A stretch of 64,000 nt of DNA from Octopus sinensis (Eukaryota), in the NCBI RefSeq assembly GCF_006345805.1, contig NC_043009.1, forward strand, positions 64,232,001 through 64,296,000. The letters are read 5' to 3'. Shown here piece by piece: positions 25,461 to 38,800 of this stretch. Within the stretch, counting starts at the first letter, position 1. The number at the start of each line of letters is the position of its first letter. Under the pieces are notes generated by a model. The model searched no databases and was not told the origin of the DNA. It was given only the letters and a program-made list of their open reading frames with translations. A program made the translations under genes and the position numbers.

Positions 25461-25716
25461 TATATCTATAATATACGCGATATTCGGTTTGCCTTTCCGT
25501 CCGGGACCCTTGTATCTGTCTACATGTGCTCTACGTAGACGTATTATACCATTTTGTAATTAGATGATCCTGGGATTGAAACCCTACCACTCGTTTGGTT
25601 CTTGAACATCCAGCATTGGGATCCAGTGTGGATGAGGATTCGTTATAAGCTAACAAAACTGTAGTTTTAAAAGAACTCGAAAACTTTTCCATTTAAACCT
25701 GAATTTAAAGTAATAT

Positions 25717-25972
25717 AACAATTGCAGCGTGGAAGGTGTTTGTAAGCCATTTAAGAAACACACAAAAGCCGTTCGATTCACTTCAACGTTTAAGTTTAAT
25801 TTGCCAAAATATTTTCTTCGCTAATTTCCGCGACCTGTTCACTGACAAAAATCCGTGCTGCATTTTAGCGACGAAAATATTTTGACAAATTAAACTTATA
25901 TGTTGAAGTGAATCGAAAGGCTTTTGTGTGTTTCTTAAATGGTTTACAAACACCTTCCACGCTGCAATTGTT
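25717..25972. mobile_element. Palindromic element (108-bp arms, 40-nt spacer) containing a hammerhead-like fold with a G3-C8 swapped core
   Basis: Arms 25717-25824 and 25865-25972. Minus strand 25850-25800 reads TTTTGTCA / GTGAACA / G-GTCGC-loop-GCGAA / GAA / AATATT / T / TGGCAAA. The right arm supplies GCGAC-GAA-AATATT-T-TGACAAA. The palindrome is certain; the ribozyme call is tentative. Confidence 0.6.
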
Positions 25973-26180
25973 TTCGTTCCAGCACACGATCTCAGATCAA
26001 ATCACTTGCTATGCAAGTACATCTCTGTAATATATATACATATATCTTAAAAAGAAAGTGTTATTATACGCTGCGGGCTTGCTGTCGTAGATATTTCCCT
26101 CAGAGGCTTTGTGCTACGCAGTTAATAAAAGAACACTTCTACGTATATCAAAAGAGAATAAACCAGGCTGTTAGAAAGAG

Positions 26181-26282
26181 ATGAACGAAGAACTTGCTGC
26201 TCAAGAATTCGAAGGTCTGAACACTCATTTTTTTTTCAGATTGTTACATTTCTGTGATTACACTCGTACTCACACGCTGACA

Positions 26283-26323
<41 letters not shown>

Positions 26324-29300
26324 ACACACCCACACACACACACACACACACACACCCACACCCACCCCCACACACATACACACACACACAAACACCCCCC
26401 ACACACACATCTGTCTATAGAGCTATCTAGCTGTCAGTTTGTTTGTCTGAGTGTGTGCATGTGTGTTTGTGTATGTGAGTGTGTATATGTGTGTGTGTGT
26501 GTGTTTGTCGGTGTGTGTTTGAAGACGCGTGTCCCAGTGGTTAGTGTGTTGCACTAAGGATCGCGATGTCGTGGTTTCGATTTCCAAACCGGGCAGCACG
26601 TTGTGTTATTGAACGAAATACTTCATTTCACTTTGCAATCATTTCGTCGTCTGGAAAAGCTGAACACTGTAAGCCGCCATCTTCGGCGGAGGATTCCTTC
26701 ACACGCACACACACACATACAGTGGTCACGCAATAAACGAGCTTGACCCAACAAAAGGTTGAGTTGAGCTCAAAGAGCCTTGACAATAATTCCGTAACTT
26801 CGCCGCGCATTACACAAATACTGATTTCTTCTATTTTTCGTTCCTATTAACTTTTTTAAACTTGGTTATATTTGCATATATTTTGTGTTAAAATACTCAT
26901 TGTGTTTATAACCTATTATTTTTGCATAAGTTTTATAGTATAATAATTAATAACTATGATTATAATGAAATCTTCTTAATATTATTTACTCAAGAACAAC
27001 TCCATATTTATATTTGGCTCAGCACTCTCCTTTCTCTACTCTCCCTTATCGTCTCCCATTCTTCTTATTTCTATCTTTGTTTACTCTCTCTCCCCCTCCT
27101 TATTCTCCTCCCCTTTCTATCAGTCATCTCTTCTTTATATTATATCTATCTTTCTGTCTGACCCTCTCTCTCTCTCTTTCTGTATGTCCCTATCTTTCTG
27201 TGTGCGTCTCTCTCTCTCTCTCTCTGTCTTTCCCTCTGTCTCTTGTTTCCTTTTCTCTCTCCTACTCTTTCTCTCTCTATACTTAATCTCTTTTCTACTT
27301 ACTCTCCTTCTCTCTCCGTCAATTCTCTATCAAACCTCCTGTCTATATATGAGTCCTCCTCCTCTCTCTGTATCTATCTTATTTATCTTATACTTTCACA
27401 TTCTTCTTTCTATACTTGTTTACTCCTCCTCCTACTTATTATCTTCCCCATTCTATCAGTCATACCCACTTTATAAATCTATCTTTCTATCAGTCTCACT
27501 GTCCATCTCTCTTTCTGTCTCTCCCTGTCTTTCCCTCTGTCTCTTGTGTCCTTTTCTCTCTCCCACTCTTCCTCTTTCTATATTTACTCTCTTTTCAGTT
27601 TATTCTTCTATCAATCCTCCTCTCTTTCTATGAGTCCTTCTCCTCTCTCTATAAAGACAGATATCTTTATACTCTTATCTTCTATTTTTCATCTTTCGAT
27701 GTATGTTTACTCCCTCTCCTACTTAACCTCCTCCCCATTCTATAAGTCATTTCTTCTTTATATATCTATCCTTCTACCTATCTGTCTTTTTCTCTCTTTC
27801 TTTCTCTCTGTCTCTCTCTCTCTCAGTCTTTTCCTCCGCCTCTTCTGTTTGCTTTTCTCTCTCCCACTCTTCCTCTTTCTATGTTTCTTTACTCCCCTTT
27901 TAACCCATTCTTCTTCCCTTTCTGTCAAATCTCTATTATTTCGTCTATCTATGAGTCCTTCACGCTCTCTATAACTATCTTTCTGTATGTCTGTCTCTCT
28001 CTCTCATCTCTGTCCTTCTCGCTCTTTCTCTCTATTTTCGTCTGCATTTCCCTCCTACACTCTTCCTCATCCTCCTGCTGTAACGTCGTCTCTTTCACTC
28101 TTACACTTCCTCCTCCATCTCCCCAACATGATTTACTACCCTCTCTTTCCTGTCTACTCTGCCTATTCCTCTTTACCTCAATGGCGAAATTAAACCGCCC
28201 ACCGAGTCATACTCTCCTCCCTGGTTATGTCTTCTCTCTTCTTTCCGATGATCATCGTCAGGTCAAATTTGATTAACACCACGTCCGGATTCTCATTAAT
28301 TCATTCATTTAGTATTTTTCTTCATTTTCACTGGGCACAAGGTTAACCCGAAAAGTGTGAATAGAGGAGATACAGGTGTTATTATGTGAGACAATGTGGT
28401 CGCTTGACCTGTTAGAAATAGCAGTCAAATTGCCCTTAAATCACTTCCTATTGTATCGTGGAAAAGGTGCATTTGATGATGTATTTCTAGACATACTGTA
28501 TTAGAAATACAGAATGGCTGGTCAAACTGAAACCTCTTTGATCATAGGTCTGCTAGCCCAGGAATGATCTGGGGCTAAATAATCAAATATGTTTTATGTA
28601 CAAAGTCACTTATAAAAATCAGTGGTGGCCTTTCCATCATAAAACCAACAATCACCCCAGAAATTGGGCTAACGATGGCAATGATACTTAAATGATAATC
28701 TAGATAATATCAGCTCATCCCATATGTCCTGTCCAAATTTTGAATAAAGAAAACAAGTGATAAAATGTTATATTTAATTGAAATTTAATCATCAATGTAC
28801 TTTCCCTGATTATCTATGACTTCCTTCCATCTATTTACAAGCTTTTTAATCCCATCAATGTAAAACTGCTTTGGTTTCAAAGTGAAGAACTCTGAAATGT
28901 CAGTTTCGACATCCTCCTGGCTTGCGAAAGTTATGTCCCCCTAATTCTGTAAACTATGAAACAAATGGTAGTCTGAAGGAGCAAGGTCGGGAGAATAAGG
29001 TGGAGGAGGAATTTTTCCCCAACGAAGCTTTTCGATCTTCTGTGATGTGATCTTTGCAGTGTGGGGTCGAGCACTGTCCTGATGAAACATCACTCCTTTT
29101 CGATTCACTAAAGCGGGTCTTTTTTTCTTCAAAGCTTGGTTCAAACGCTCTAATTGCTAACAGTAGACTTGAGCATTGATTGTTGCATTAGTGGTAACAA
29201 TTCAAAGTGAATTACTCCTTTTCAATCCCACCACATACAGAGAAAAACTTTTTTCCCATGAAGTTCCCTTCTCGGTTGTGGTTGAGCTTTTCCCCTTTTA

Positions 29301-29778
29301 CCAAACCACTGTTAACGACGTTTAAAATTTCGATAGAAGATCCATTTTTCGTCACCAGTCAAAAGTCTATCCAAAAAGGGTGAAATGAGTTCGCGACAAT
29401 GGAGAGATGAGCAGATGTTAACTCGGGATTTGCGGTTGCTTTCGGGCAATTCATGAGGCACCCATTTTCAAAGTTTAGGAACCTTTCCAAGTTGTTGAAG
29501 ATGACGATGAACACTCGTATGGTTTGAACGAAGCTTTATTCCCAATTCTTCAACTGATAATGCAGGGTTTTCTTCAACTGATAACGCAGACCATGATATA
29601 ATTTGTAGATGATGAAGCGTAGGGTTGTACAAAGCCGTTGGACCGGATTTGATGTTTGTTCTCTTATCAATGATTTTTGTCTGTCTCAATTAACTTCAGC
29701 ACTTCTTTTTTTGCAGTCTTATAAACCCTTTTGTCTCCATAAGAGACAAAAATTATTTCTTATTACACACACACACTC

Positions 29779-29843
<65 letters not shown>

Positions 29844-32800
29844 AATGTATGTGTATGTGTATGAAAGAGAGGATGCACACATGCATTGATGCTCATATAT
29901 GTATGTATGCATGTATGTATGTAGATAAAACTTTCTTGGAAGTGGATGCGTGGCGTTCAGTCATATAATAATATAAATAAATTTTTCGAAAATTTTCACC
30001 AAGAATTTTTCGAAAATTTTCGTCGAAAATTTTACCCAAAAATTTTTCAAAAATTTTACCCAACAATTTTTCGAAAATTTTCGCCAAGAATTTTTCGAAA
30101 ATTTTCGTCGAAAATTTTACCCAACAATTTTTCGAAAATTTTCGTCGAAAATTTTACCGAAAAATTTTTCGAAAATTTTACCCAAAATTTTATTTTACCC
30201 AAAAATTTTACCCGAAATTTTATTTTACCCAAAATTTTTTCGAAAATTTTCACCATGAATTTTTCGAAAATTGCCGTCGAAAACTTTACCCAAAAATTTT
30301 ACCCGAAATTTTATTTTACCCAAAAATTTTTCGAAAATTTTCACCATGAATTTTTCGAAAATTGCCGTCGAAAACTTTACCCAAAAATTTTACCCAACAA
30401 TTTTTCGAAAATTTTCACCGAAAATATTACCCAAAAGTTTTTTAAAAATTTTCACCAAGAATTTTTCAAAAATTTTACCCAAAAAATTTTTCGAAAATTT
30501 TCGTCGAAAATTTTACCGAAAAATTTTTCGAAAATTTTACCCAAAATTTTATTTTACCCAAAAATTTTACCCGAAATTTTATTTTACCCAAAAATTTTTC
30601 GAAAATTTTCACCATGAATTTTTCGAAAATTGCCGTCGAAAACTTTACCCAAAAATTTTACCCGAAATTTTATTTTACCCAAAAATTTTTCGAAAATTTT
30701 CACCATGAATTTTTCGAAAATTGCCGTCGAAAACTTTACCCAAAAATTTTACCCAACAATTTTTCGAAAATTTTCACCGAAAATATTACCCAAAAGTTTT
30801 TAAAAAATTTTCACCAAGAATTTTTCAAAAATTTTACCCAAAAAATTTTTCGAAAATTTTCGTCGAAAATTTCACCGAAAAATTTTTCGTATATTTTCGT
30901 CGAAAATTTTACCCAAAATTTTTTCGAAAATTTTCACCAAGAATTTTTCGAAAATTTTCGTCGAAAATTTTCACCGAAATTTTATTTTACCCAACAATTA
31001 TTAGAAAATTTTCACCGAAAATATTACCCAAAAATTTTTCGAAAATTTCACTGAAAAATTTTTCGTCGAATTTATCGTCGAAAATTTTACCCAAAATTTT
31101 TTCGAAAATTTTCACCAAGAATTTTTCGAAAATTTTCGTCGAAAATTTTACCCAAAATTTTTTCGAAAATATTCACCGGAAATTTTACTCAAAAATTTTT
31201 CGAAAATTTTCACCGAAAATTTTACGCAAATATTTTTCGAAAATTTTCACCAAGAATTTTTGAAAAATTTTCACCTATTTTGTTCACGCATACATGTTCA
31301 TAAACAGAAATGAATGGAAAAAAGTTGTTAAATTTGTAGATTAACACTCGCACGATTTTCACTAAAGTATATATACCATGATTATAGAATAAAAACAAAA
31401 ACCAAAGAACAAAACATTTTACATTTTATTTTTTCGTGGCTAAAGGCTTTGTTTGAAAATAGATATTTACGCTACCCACGGGTGCCTCGGGGAAAAAATA
31501 AGTTGACAAAACTCAGATAGGGTGTTGACAAATGTCCTCCCAAAATTGGAGCGACATGCGCGCTAATTTGTGGACGTGCATAAATTACAATCACGCACAA
31601 ACACACACGCACACACATCCTCCCTTTTATAGATATGATATATATGCATATGTGGGTAGAGGACGTCATGAATACGAAGTGCGAGTACATGGAATATGAG
31701 CTATTTTTTCGAACAACGAAAGAAAACAAGACAAACAACATAACGAACGACCCTTCATCAGTTGTTGGCTGTTTTTCTACTCTCGTATTTCGAGCATTTA
31801 ACAACAACAATATACACTTTCGATAAAACAGTTGCTCCCGCAAAGCAAATTAAATAAAATTGGGGACTTTGCGGAGGGTCGTATGTATGTATGTATGTAT
31901 GTATGTATGTATGTATGTATGTATGTATGTATGTATTGAGTATTTTGCTAATTGCTCTATAATGGAATTATACTAACTTTTCTAGTTACTTTTCTGTCAT
32001 CGTTTAAAGAAGCGGCATTTTCTACATATTCTATCAATTTATTCCTATTCGTTACTCAGAGTTTAAACTTTTAAAACAATATTCAGTGGTACTGTCTTAT
32101 AAGAAATTTGTTACCGAAATGAATTTTCATTTGTTTTCTATTTTAGATTTGTCAACATCTGAAATTACAGAGAAAATATTAAAGAAATGTGGCGGATATG
32201 GGTTATTTCAAAAGATACTCTCTATTTTTGTTTTAATGGTTGTAATGATTGATGCTATTGAAACTTTAGCTATGGTGTTTATTAGGGAGACGGTTCCATT
32301 TGCTTGCTATCCTGCAAATTTCAATGAATCCATGATTCCATCAAATATTTCTTTGGATGAATTCTTAAGTGATGTAACTGTCAAAGAGGGGAAATGTTCC
32401 GTGTATAACCTGGATACTGAAGACGGATTCTATGTCCTACCCACAAATAATTCTACAAAGGAACCCTGCAACTATGGTCGAAAGTTCTACACTGAGGATT
32501 TGTCCTCTATTGTATCTGAGGTAAGTAATGCTAACTTCATGGATTAACGCTATTGTTTATCATATAATTATGTATTATTCTACGACCAATAGAACGGAGA
32601 GCTGTCTATCTAGCCATCCACGTAGATATTGAAAATAAATATCTGTTTTGTGATGTACATAAAGACAAATTTCTGCAGACTGATCTTAAAGAAATTAAAT
32701 AATGATGAATGCTGTGAGAAAATATTTTTGAAGTGTTCTCATCAGAAAAGAGATGACTAGATTGTTGAAAGAGTTATCAACAAGGTAGAAGTGAGTATTA

Positions 32801-35800
32801 ACGGTTGAAAGGTATAGAAAGCAAGAGTAATCAGTCGCGTGGTAAAATGAGCTGAATTTAAAACAATTGGTTAACATTTTGCACGACACAAGTCCCCGCT
32901 GACCGAATATTCTTGATTTTTTTTCTGTATGTGAAATCATTTCTACTGATCAAGCAGCCACGTGAAGGTTACTCTCCACTAAGTAGGTTTAATGATATCG
33001 AAACATGTTATATATATATGAAGTTAACTATCTCTTCTGTTGGCCTTGTACGTATGAAACATCTCTCCTTCCTTTATAATAACCAGTCATTCGACGTCTG
33101 CGATTTTCAACATGACGTGACAGCGATTAACATATAATTCTCCGCCACTCTATGTCTTCCTTTCTGTTCCTAGATTTCTCATTCCTTCTGACTATCGAAT
33201 ATTCTGAAGAAGACATTAAACTTGAAATGTAATCGACAGCTATCTCTCTGTCTTTCACACAAACTGTTTAAGTAATTCTTATTAATAATTTTAATCGTTC
33301 CTAGTGTTTTGTGTTATTCTGAGCCCATTCATAACTTGTATATATATTTGGAAAATAATGAAAGAAAAGATAAATTATTGAAATATAATCTTTCGTAAAA
33401 TTACCATGTGCACGAAATCACAAATTAAAAATATACAGATTTATAAATATATTAAAAATACATTAAAAATATATAGATATAAATATATAAATATGCTAAG
33501 AACATATTAAAAACATACAATATTTAGACCTACTTACAATAAAAGCGATATTAAGATTATATTCACAGAATGGGTGGAGTGTAGAAAATATTGTAAATCC
33601 ATATAAAGGTTTATAATTTCTTAAAATCCGACGACCGTTTCTGGGGCATAGTGGTGCAAAGATGTAATAGAATTTAAGTTCTATTAATTCAATATCACCG
33701 CCTCCTTCTTCAGGGAAGTTTCCAACTGCTAAGGCTACATTTGTTTTGCACTATGCTGGAATTCGACGCTGATAGCCTTCATAAAGAGATGCACATATTA
33801 TTATGGTGGGTGGGTGTTAGGTATGTAATTTTTGATACAGTGGTAAAATTTTACAACAGAATATATTTTAGTAACATATATATTGTCTCTCATTATTAAT
33901 TTTCCTATTTTCCTATGGCTCAGATATACTGAGCACTTCGATGTGTCCTAAATATAGAGAAAATTTTATCTCTGGAAAATAAATTATATATATATATATA
34001 TATTATATATATATATACATACACACACACACACACCACACATATATATATATACATACACACATATAAGTATTGTTTTATTCTTTTATTCTTTCACTTG
34101 TTTCAGTCATTTGACTGAGGTCTTGCTGGAGCACCGCCCTTTGGTCGAAAAGATCGACCCCAGAACTTTTTTTTGAAAGCCTGATACTTACCCTATCGGT
34201 CTCTTTTGCATAAACACACCAACATCGGTTGTCAAGTGACGTTGTGGGGGGCAAACGCGGACACACAAATACACACACACATATGTATGTCTATACGACA
34301 GGATTCAATCCAGTTTCCTTCTACCAAATCTACTCACAAGGCTTTGGTCAGAGCAAAGTTGTAGTAGAAGACACTTGCTCTAGGTGCCATGAAGTGGGAC
34401 TGAACCCGGAACCCTGTGGTTGGGAAGCAAGCTTCTTACCACACACCCACGCCTGCGCCCTACCCACTAAGCCATGCACCTTCATATTGCATGTAATATT
34501 TATAGCTGTTATCTATAATTTGTTATCTGTGTCTAATGAATAACTACTTTTAAAATATTTTCTCTTTTTTTTCAGTTTGAGTTGGTTTGTGACAAAGAAT
34601 GGCTGAAAAATATTGCAGTGTCTGCAAATTTTGCGGGTATCTTTGTTGGGAATTTAGTCTTTGGTATACTTTCAGACAGGTAAGTGTTAAAAGTTAACTG
34701 TGTATAAGAATATGATTTTGAATATAGGAGTTTCATGTAAGTGTATATTATGACGTAGATATAGAAAAAATAGTTTATAAAGAATTACGTGAGGAAAGCC
34801 ATAATTATCGCTTTACTGCAGAAATATAGAAATATACGAAGTGGCAACAAACAGTTCCCGGATTAGCTCTTTAGCGCGCCAATAGATGGCAGCACACGGT
34901 TACGTGTGTAGTGAGAGCTAGCAGTCACCTTCATGAGGGAGTATGCCGAGTGAAATCGCTGTGTATATTTCGCAAGTTGTGAAATTTGAGTTTTTCTGAT
35001 CAGGTGTATACTGTAGTCTCCGATTTTGTCATGAACTGGTACAAAGAACAAACAGGAACTCGGGAAGTTTGGTACAGTGATACGGAGCATGCATCGTCAC
35101 GTGACGAGATAATGGATTGTAAAAAAATACAAGCTGCTTCGTTCACAAAGTTTAGAACCGTAATTTGTCTGAATGATTTTATTTTTGGCAGATTCGGCCG
35201 ATATAAAACCTACTGCATTGGAGAAATAATTTACATGTGTTGCAGTTTAACCAAAATAAATGCACCAAATTATATTGTGTTCGTCGTTATGTATTTTCTG
35301 GAAGGATTCGGATCTGCAGGCACCTATATAATCTTATACACCATTTGTAAGTGTTTTAACAGTCTTCTTATGCCAACTATTCGTTATTCGTTATCTTGCA
35401 TTTTAAAAGTTCCATGCAAAAGTCTCCAGCACTACAGAGTGCACCTTCGGGTTCTTGAGATGTGCTTCGTTGTCTCTTGAGAAAAGGGCGTAGAACTGCT
35501 TTCAAGCTCCGTCTGATATATTTTGTTGATGGTTTTTGTTTTGTTGGTTCTGCAGTTACTTTAAAGTTTCAACTGTTTGGTGTTTAGAACGTATCATATT
35601 TTTTTTTGGCATTTTATTAGCGGCATTTCATCCGTCCTTACGTTCTGATTTCAAATTTGAAGTTTTAGTTAATTAAATAAATAGGGTATGACATGTAAGT
35701 ACTTCACCTAATCGGCTACCTGCTCCCTTCATCTAAGGGAAAATATATGTTAATATGTGAAGGCAGTTCAAGGCAGCGAGCTGGCAGAATCGTTAGCTCG

Positions 35801-38800
35801 CCGAGCAAAATGATTAGTAGCATTTCGTCTGTCATATTCTGAGTTCAAATTCTGCCGAGCTCGGCTTTGCCTTTCATCATTTTGGTGTCGATAAAATAAA
35901 TACCAGTCGAATACTGGGGGTCAATGTAATCGATTTACCCCTTCCCTAGAAACTGCTGGCCTTGTAGCAAAATTTGAAACGATATAAACATATGAAGGAG
36001 GTTAAGGCGTGAACTGGCAGGATCGTCAGCTCGCCAGGCAAAATGCTTAGTGGCATTTCGTCCACCTTTACGTTCTGAGTTCAGATCCCGCTTAGGTTGA
36101 CTTTGCTTTTCTTAGCTTCGGGGCCTATTCCCGAATTTGCTGGTCTTGTTCTAACATTTGAAACCAAAATAAGAATCAGTGTTTGTTATTCAATTAAATT
36201 GACATATATTCCAGTGTGATATTTTCTCTTTATTACAGTGATAGAATGTGTCTCTCAGAATTATAAAATGCGCTTGAATTTTATTTGTCATGGAAGCTTC
36301 GCTGTTGGAGGAGTAATCTTAGGCGGTTTGGCGTATTTACTTCGTAAATGGAAGCATCTATTGTATGCTGCATGGTCTCCACACATTCTGATATTCATTA
36401 TTGCTTTGAAGTAAGTATATCTTCGCATGATTTAACGATAATCTAGCTGAATAATGTTTAACCCTTTAGCGTTCGTATTATTCTGCCAAAATTAATCCTT
36501 TTTTATCCACATTGCTTTGAACTAATCAGGCATTACCTTGTAGCTATGAGAATATGATGAGGTAGCTGTTAATTTTTAAAACGATATTGTAGGGTTGGTG
36601 TGAGAGACCAGATCTGGCCAGTTTGAACATAAAACAAGCAGAATACTTCTGGCCGGATATGGCCAGTTTAAATGGTAAAGAGTTAAACTTATTTACATCT
36701 TCCTAAAGTTAATTATTAGTGTTACCTTATCGTAGAAATACATGTAAATCTTACCTGTATGAAGGGTTTCACTTCCTCATACCAAAATTGCATTCCATAT
36801 TTGCATACAGACAAAGATGCCTACTGCACACACGAACGCTTTTCGTCAGACACCAACTAACAAAAACACGCAAACTGTATAGATTATTGCTACACAAAGT
36901 TTCCTACGATTTCCATCACTGCTTCACTTCATACTAAAACGTATTATATTATTATCTATTAAAACTAAATATTTTATAACTTCGATTTCAATTTTTCCAA
37001 GAATGCTAGATTACCTCATTGTCTGTAAATGATTCTTATTCGGCAGATATCTTCCCGAATCTCCTAGATGGCTTCTTAATAAACAAAGATTCGCAGAAGC
37101 TGAAAAATCCTTCAACAGGATCGCGAAATTAAATGGAAAAGACAACGAGGATATGGTAAATCTGATTCGGGAACTTCAAAGGAAAGCTGAAAGCAAGTCC
37201 AAATTCGATGAGGAAGTTGTGGGAAATAAGAACTTAGGAAAAAAGCAAAGAATTCCTGAAAAGCCGAAAACTGTAATTGATTTATTAAAAAGGCCGCGAA
37301 GTGCGATGATTCCTATAAACATTTGGTTTAACTGGTAAATTCTTTATCTTTTTAAAGATTGTAGTAATGCTTATCGAAATATTCGACTGTAACACTTATG
37401 GTCATATTTTTGTTACAGTGTACAAATACATCGGCATAAAAATTAGCGAATTTATATGAATAACTACTTTTGGAAGGCATAGTTAATATATACATACAAA
37501 CATAAATGCATCTACATACATACATACATACATACATACATACATACATACATACATACATACATACATACATACATACATACATACATACATGCATACA
37601 TACAAGCCATAGACACTCATAATAAAAAGGAATACTGGTGGAATGTGCCAGTGAAGGCCTCAATAAAATGTAAGCACAACAGACCTGATATAATGATTTG
37701 GGATAGAGAAGAGAAACTGTGCACAGTTGTGGAAATTAGCTGCCCAATGGATGTTAACATAAAGCTGAAGATCAGTGAAAAAGGGAACACCTACGCTGAA
37801 CAATTGAGAAATCTGCTGTTATTCTATTCAGAATACAAGTTCAGGTTTATACCTGTAATTATTCGGGCTCGGTATATGTAACACACTGCTTAAAAACCAG
37901 TCTTAAGAAATTAAGCTTATCAAAACCAGAAAGGAGAAAACTAATTCGAAGACTACAGATCCAATCCATCACTGGAACTGTAAAAACCTGTAAAACTTTC
38001 CAGAAGTTTATCATTTAAATATATATGAGCATGTCTAGACTATAACCATGGTAATAAACACACACACACACATGCGATAAAGTAATAACCTAAGGACTAG
38101 TCGATTATTCAAGATTTTACTAATCCAAAAATATTTTTATTGCAGGTTTGTTAACAGTATGCTTTACTACGGAGTGACATTAAATTCTGTTGATATGTCC
38201 GGAAATCGTTATGTAAACTATTTGATGATGGCAGTAATAGAAATTCCAGGCAACATTCTTGGGTGTATAACCTTTCATTGGTTTGGTCATCGTAAGCCGA
38301 TCGTTTTCTTCATGGTACTTGCAGGAATTAACTGTATTGTCTCAAACTTTGTGCCAAAAGGTAATATTAGTATTTAAAAAAATATTGCACATGTTATGCA
38401 GTGATATTATTTTATAATTTTCTGGACGGTTACGACTTTTAAACGATGAACAATTATAAGTATCTGTGCATGTCTTATATATCTATATCTGTGCACGCGC
38501 GTGTGTATGTTTGTCACTGTAAAAATATGTTGATATCAGTTTGGAAATCCCTTCATGGTAGCATTAATAGTCAATACTATTTAAGCATGTTATCTGATCA
38601 AATTCATGCTATGGTTGTGGAGCTGTTCCCAGAAACGAAATCTTTCGGGATGATAATGCAACAATTCACACAGCGAAAGTTGTTAGTGAATAGTACGAGG
38701 AACATTCTAGTGAAGTTGAACATCTTATCTGGCCACCACAGTCTCCAGATCTCAAGTAAGGAGTCAATATCTTCCACCAACACCACTACAAGAACTGGTG

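Noticed and set aside
29946-31263. Long overlapping ORFs of up to 223 aa (KIFRKFS...)
   Set aside because: These are artefacts of the stop-poor A4T4 minisatellite.
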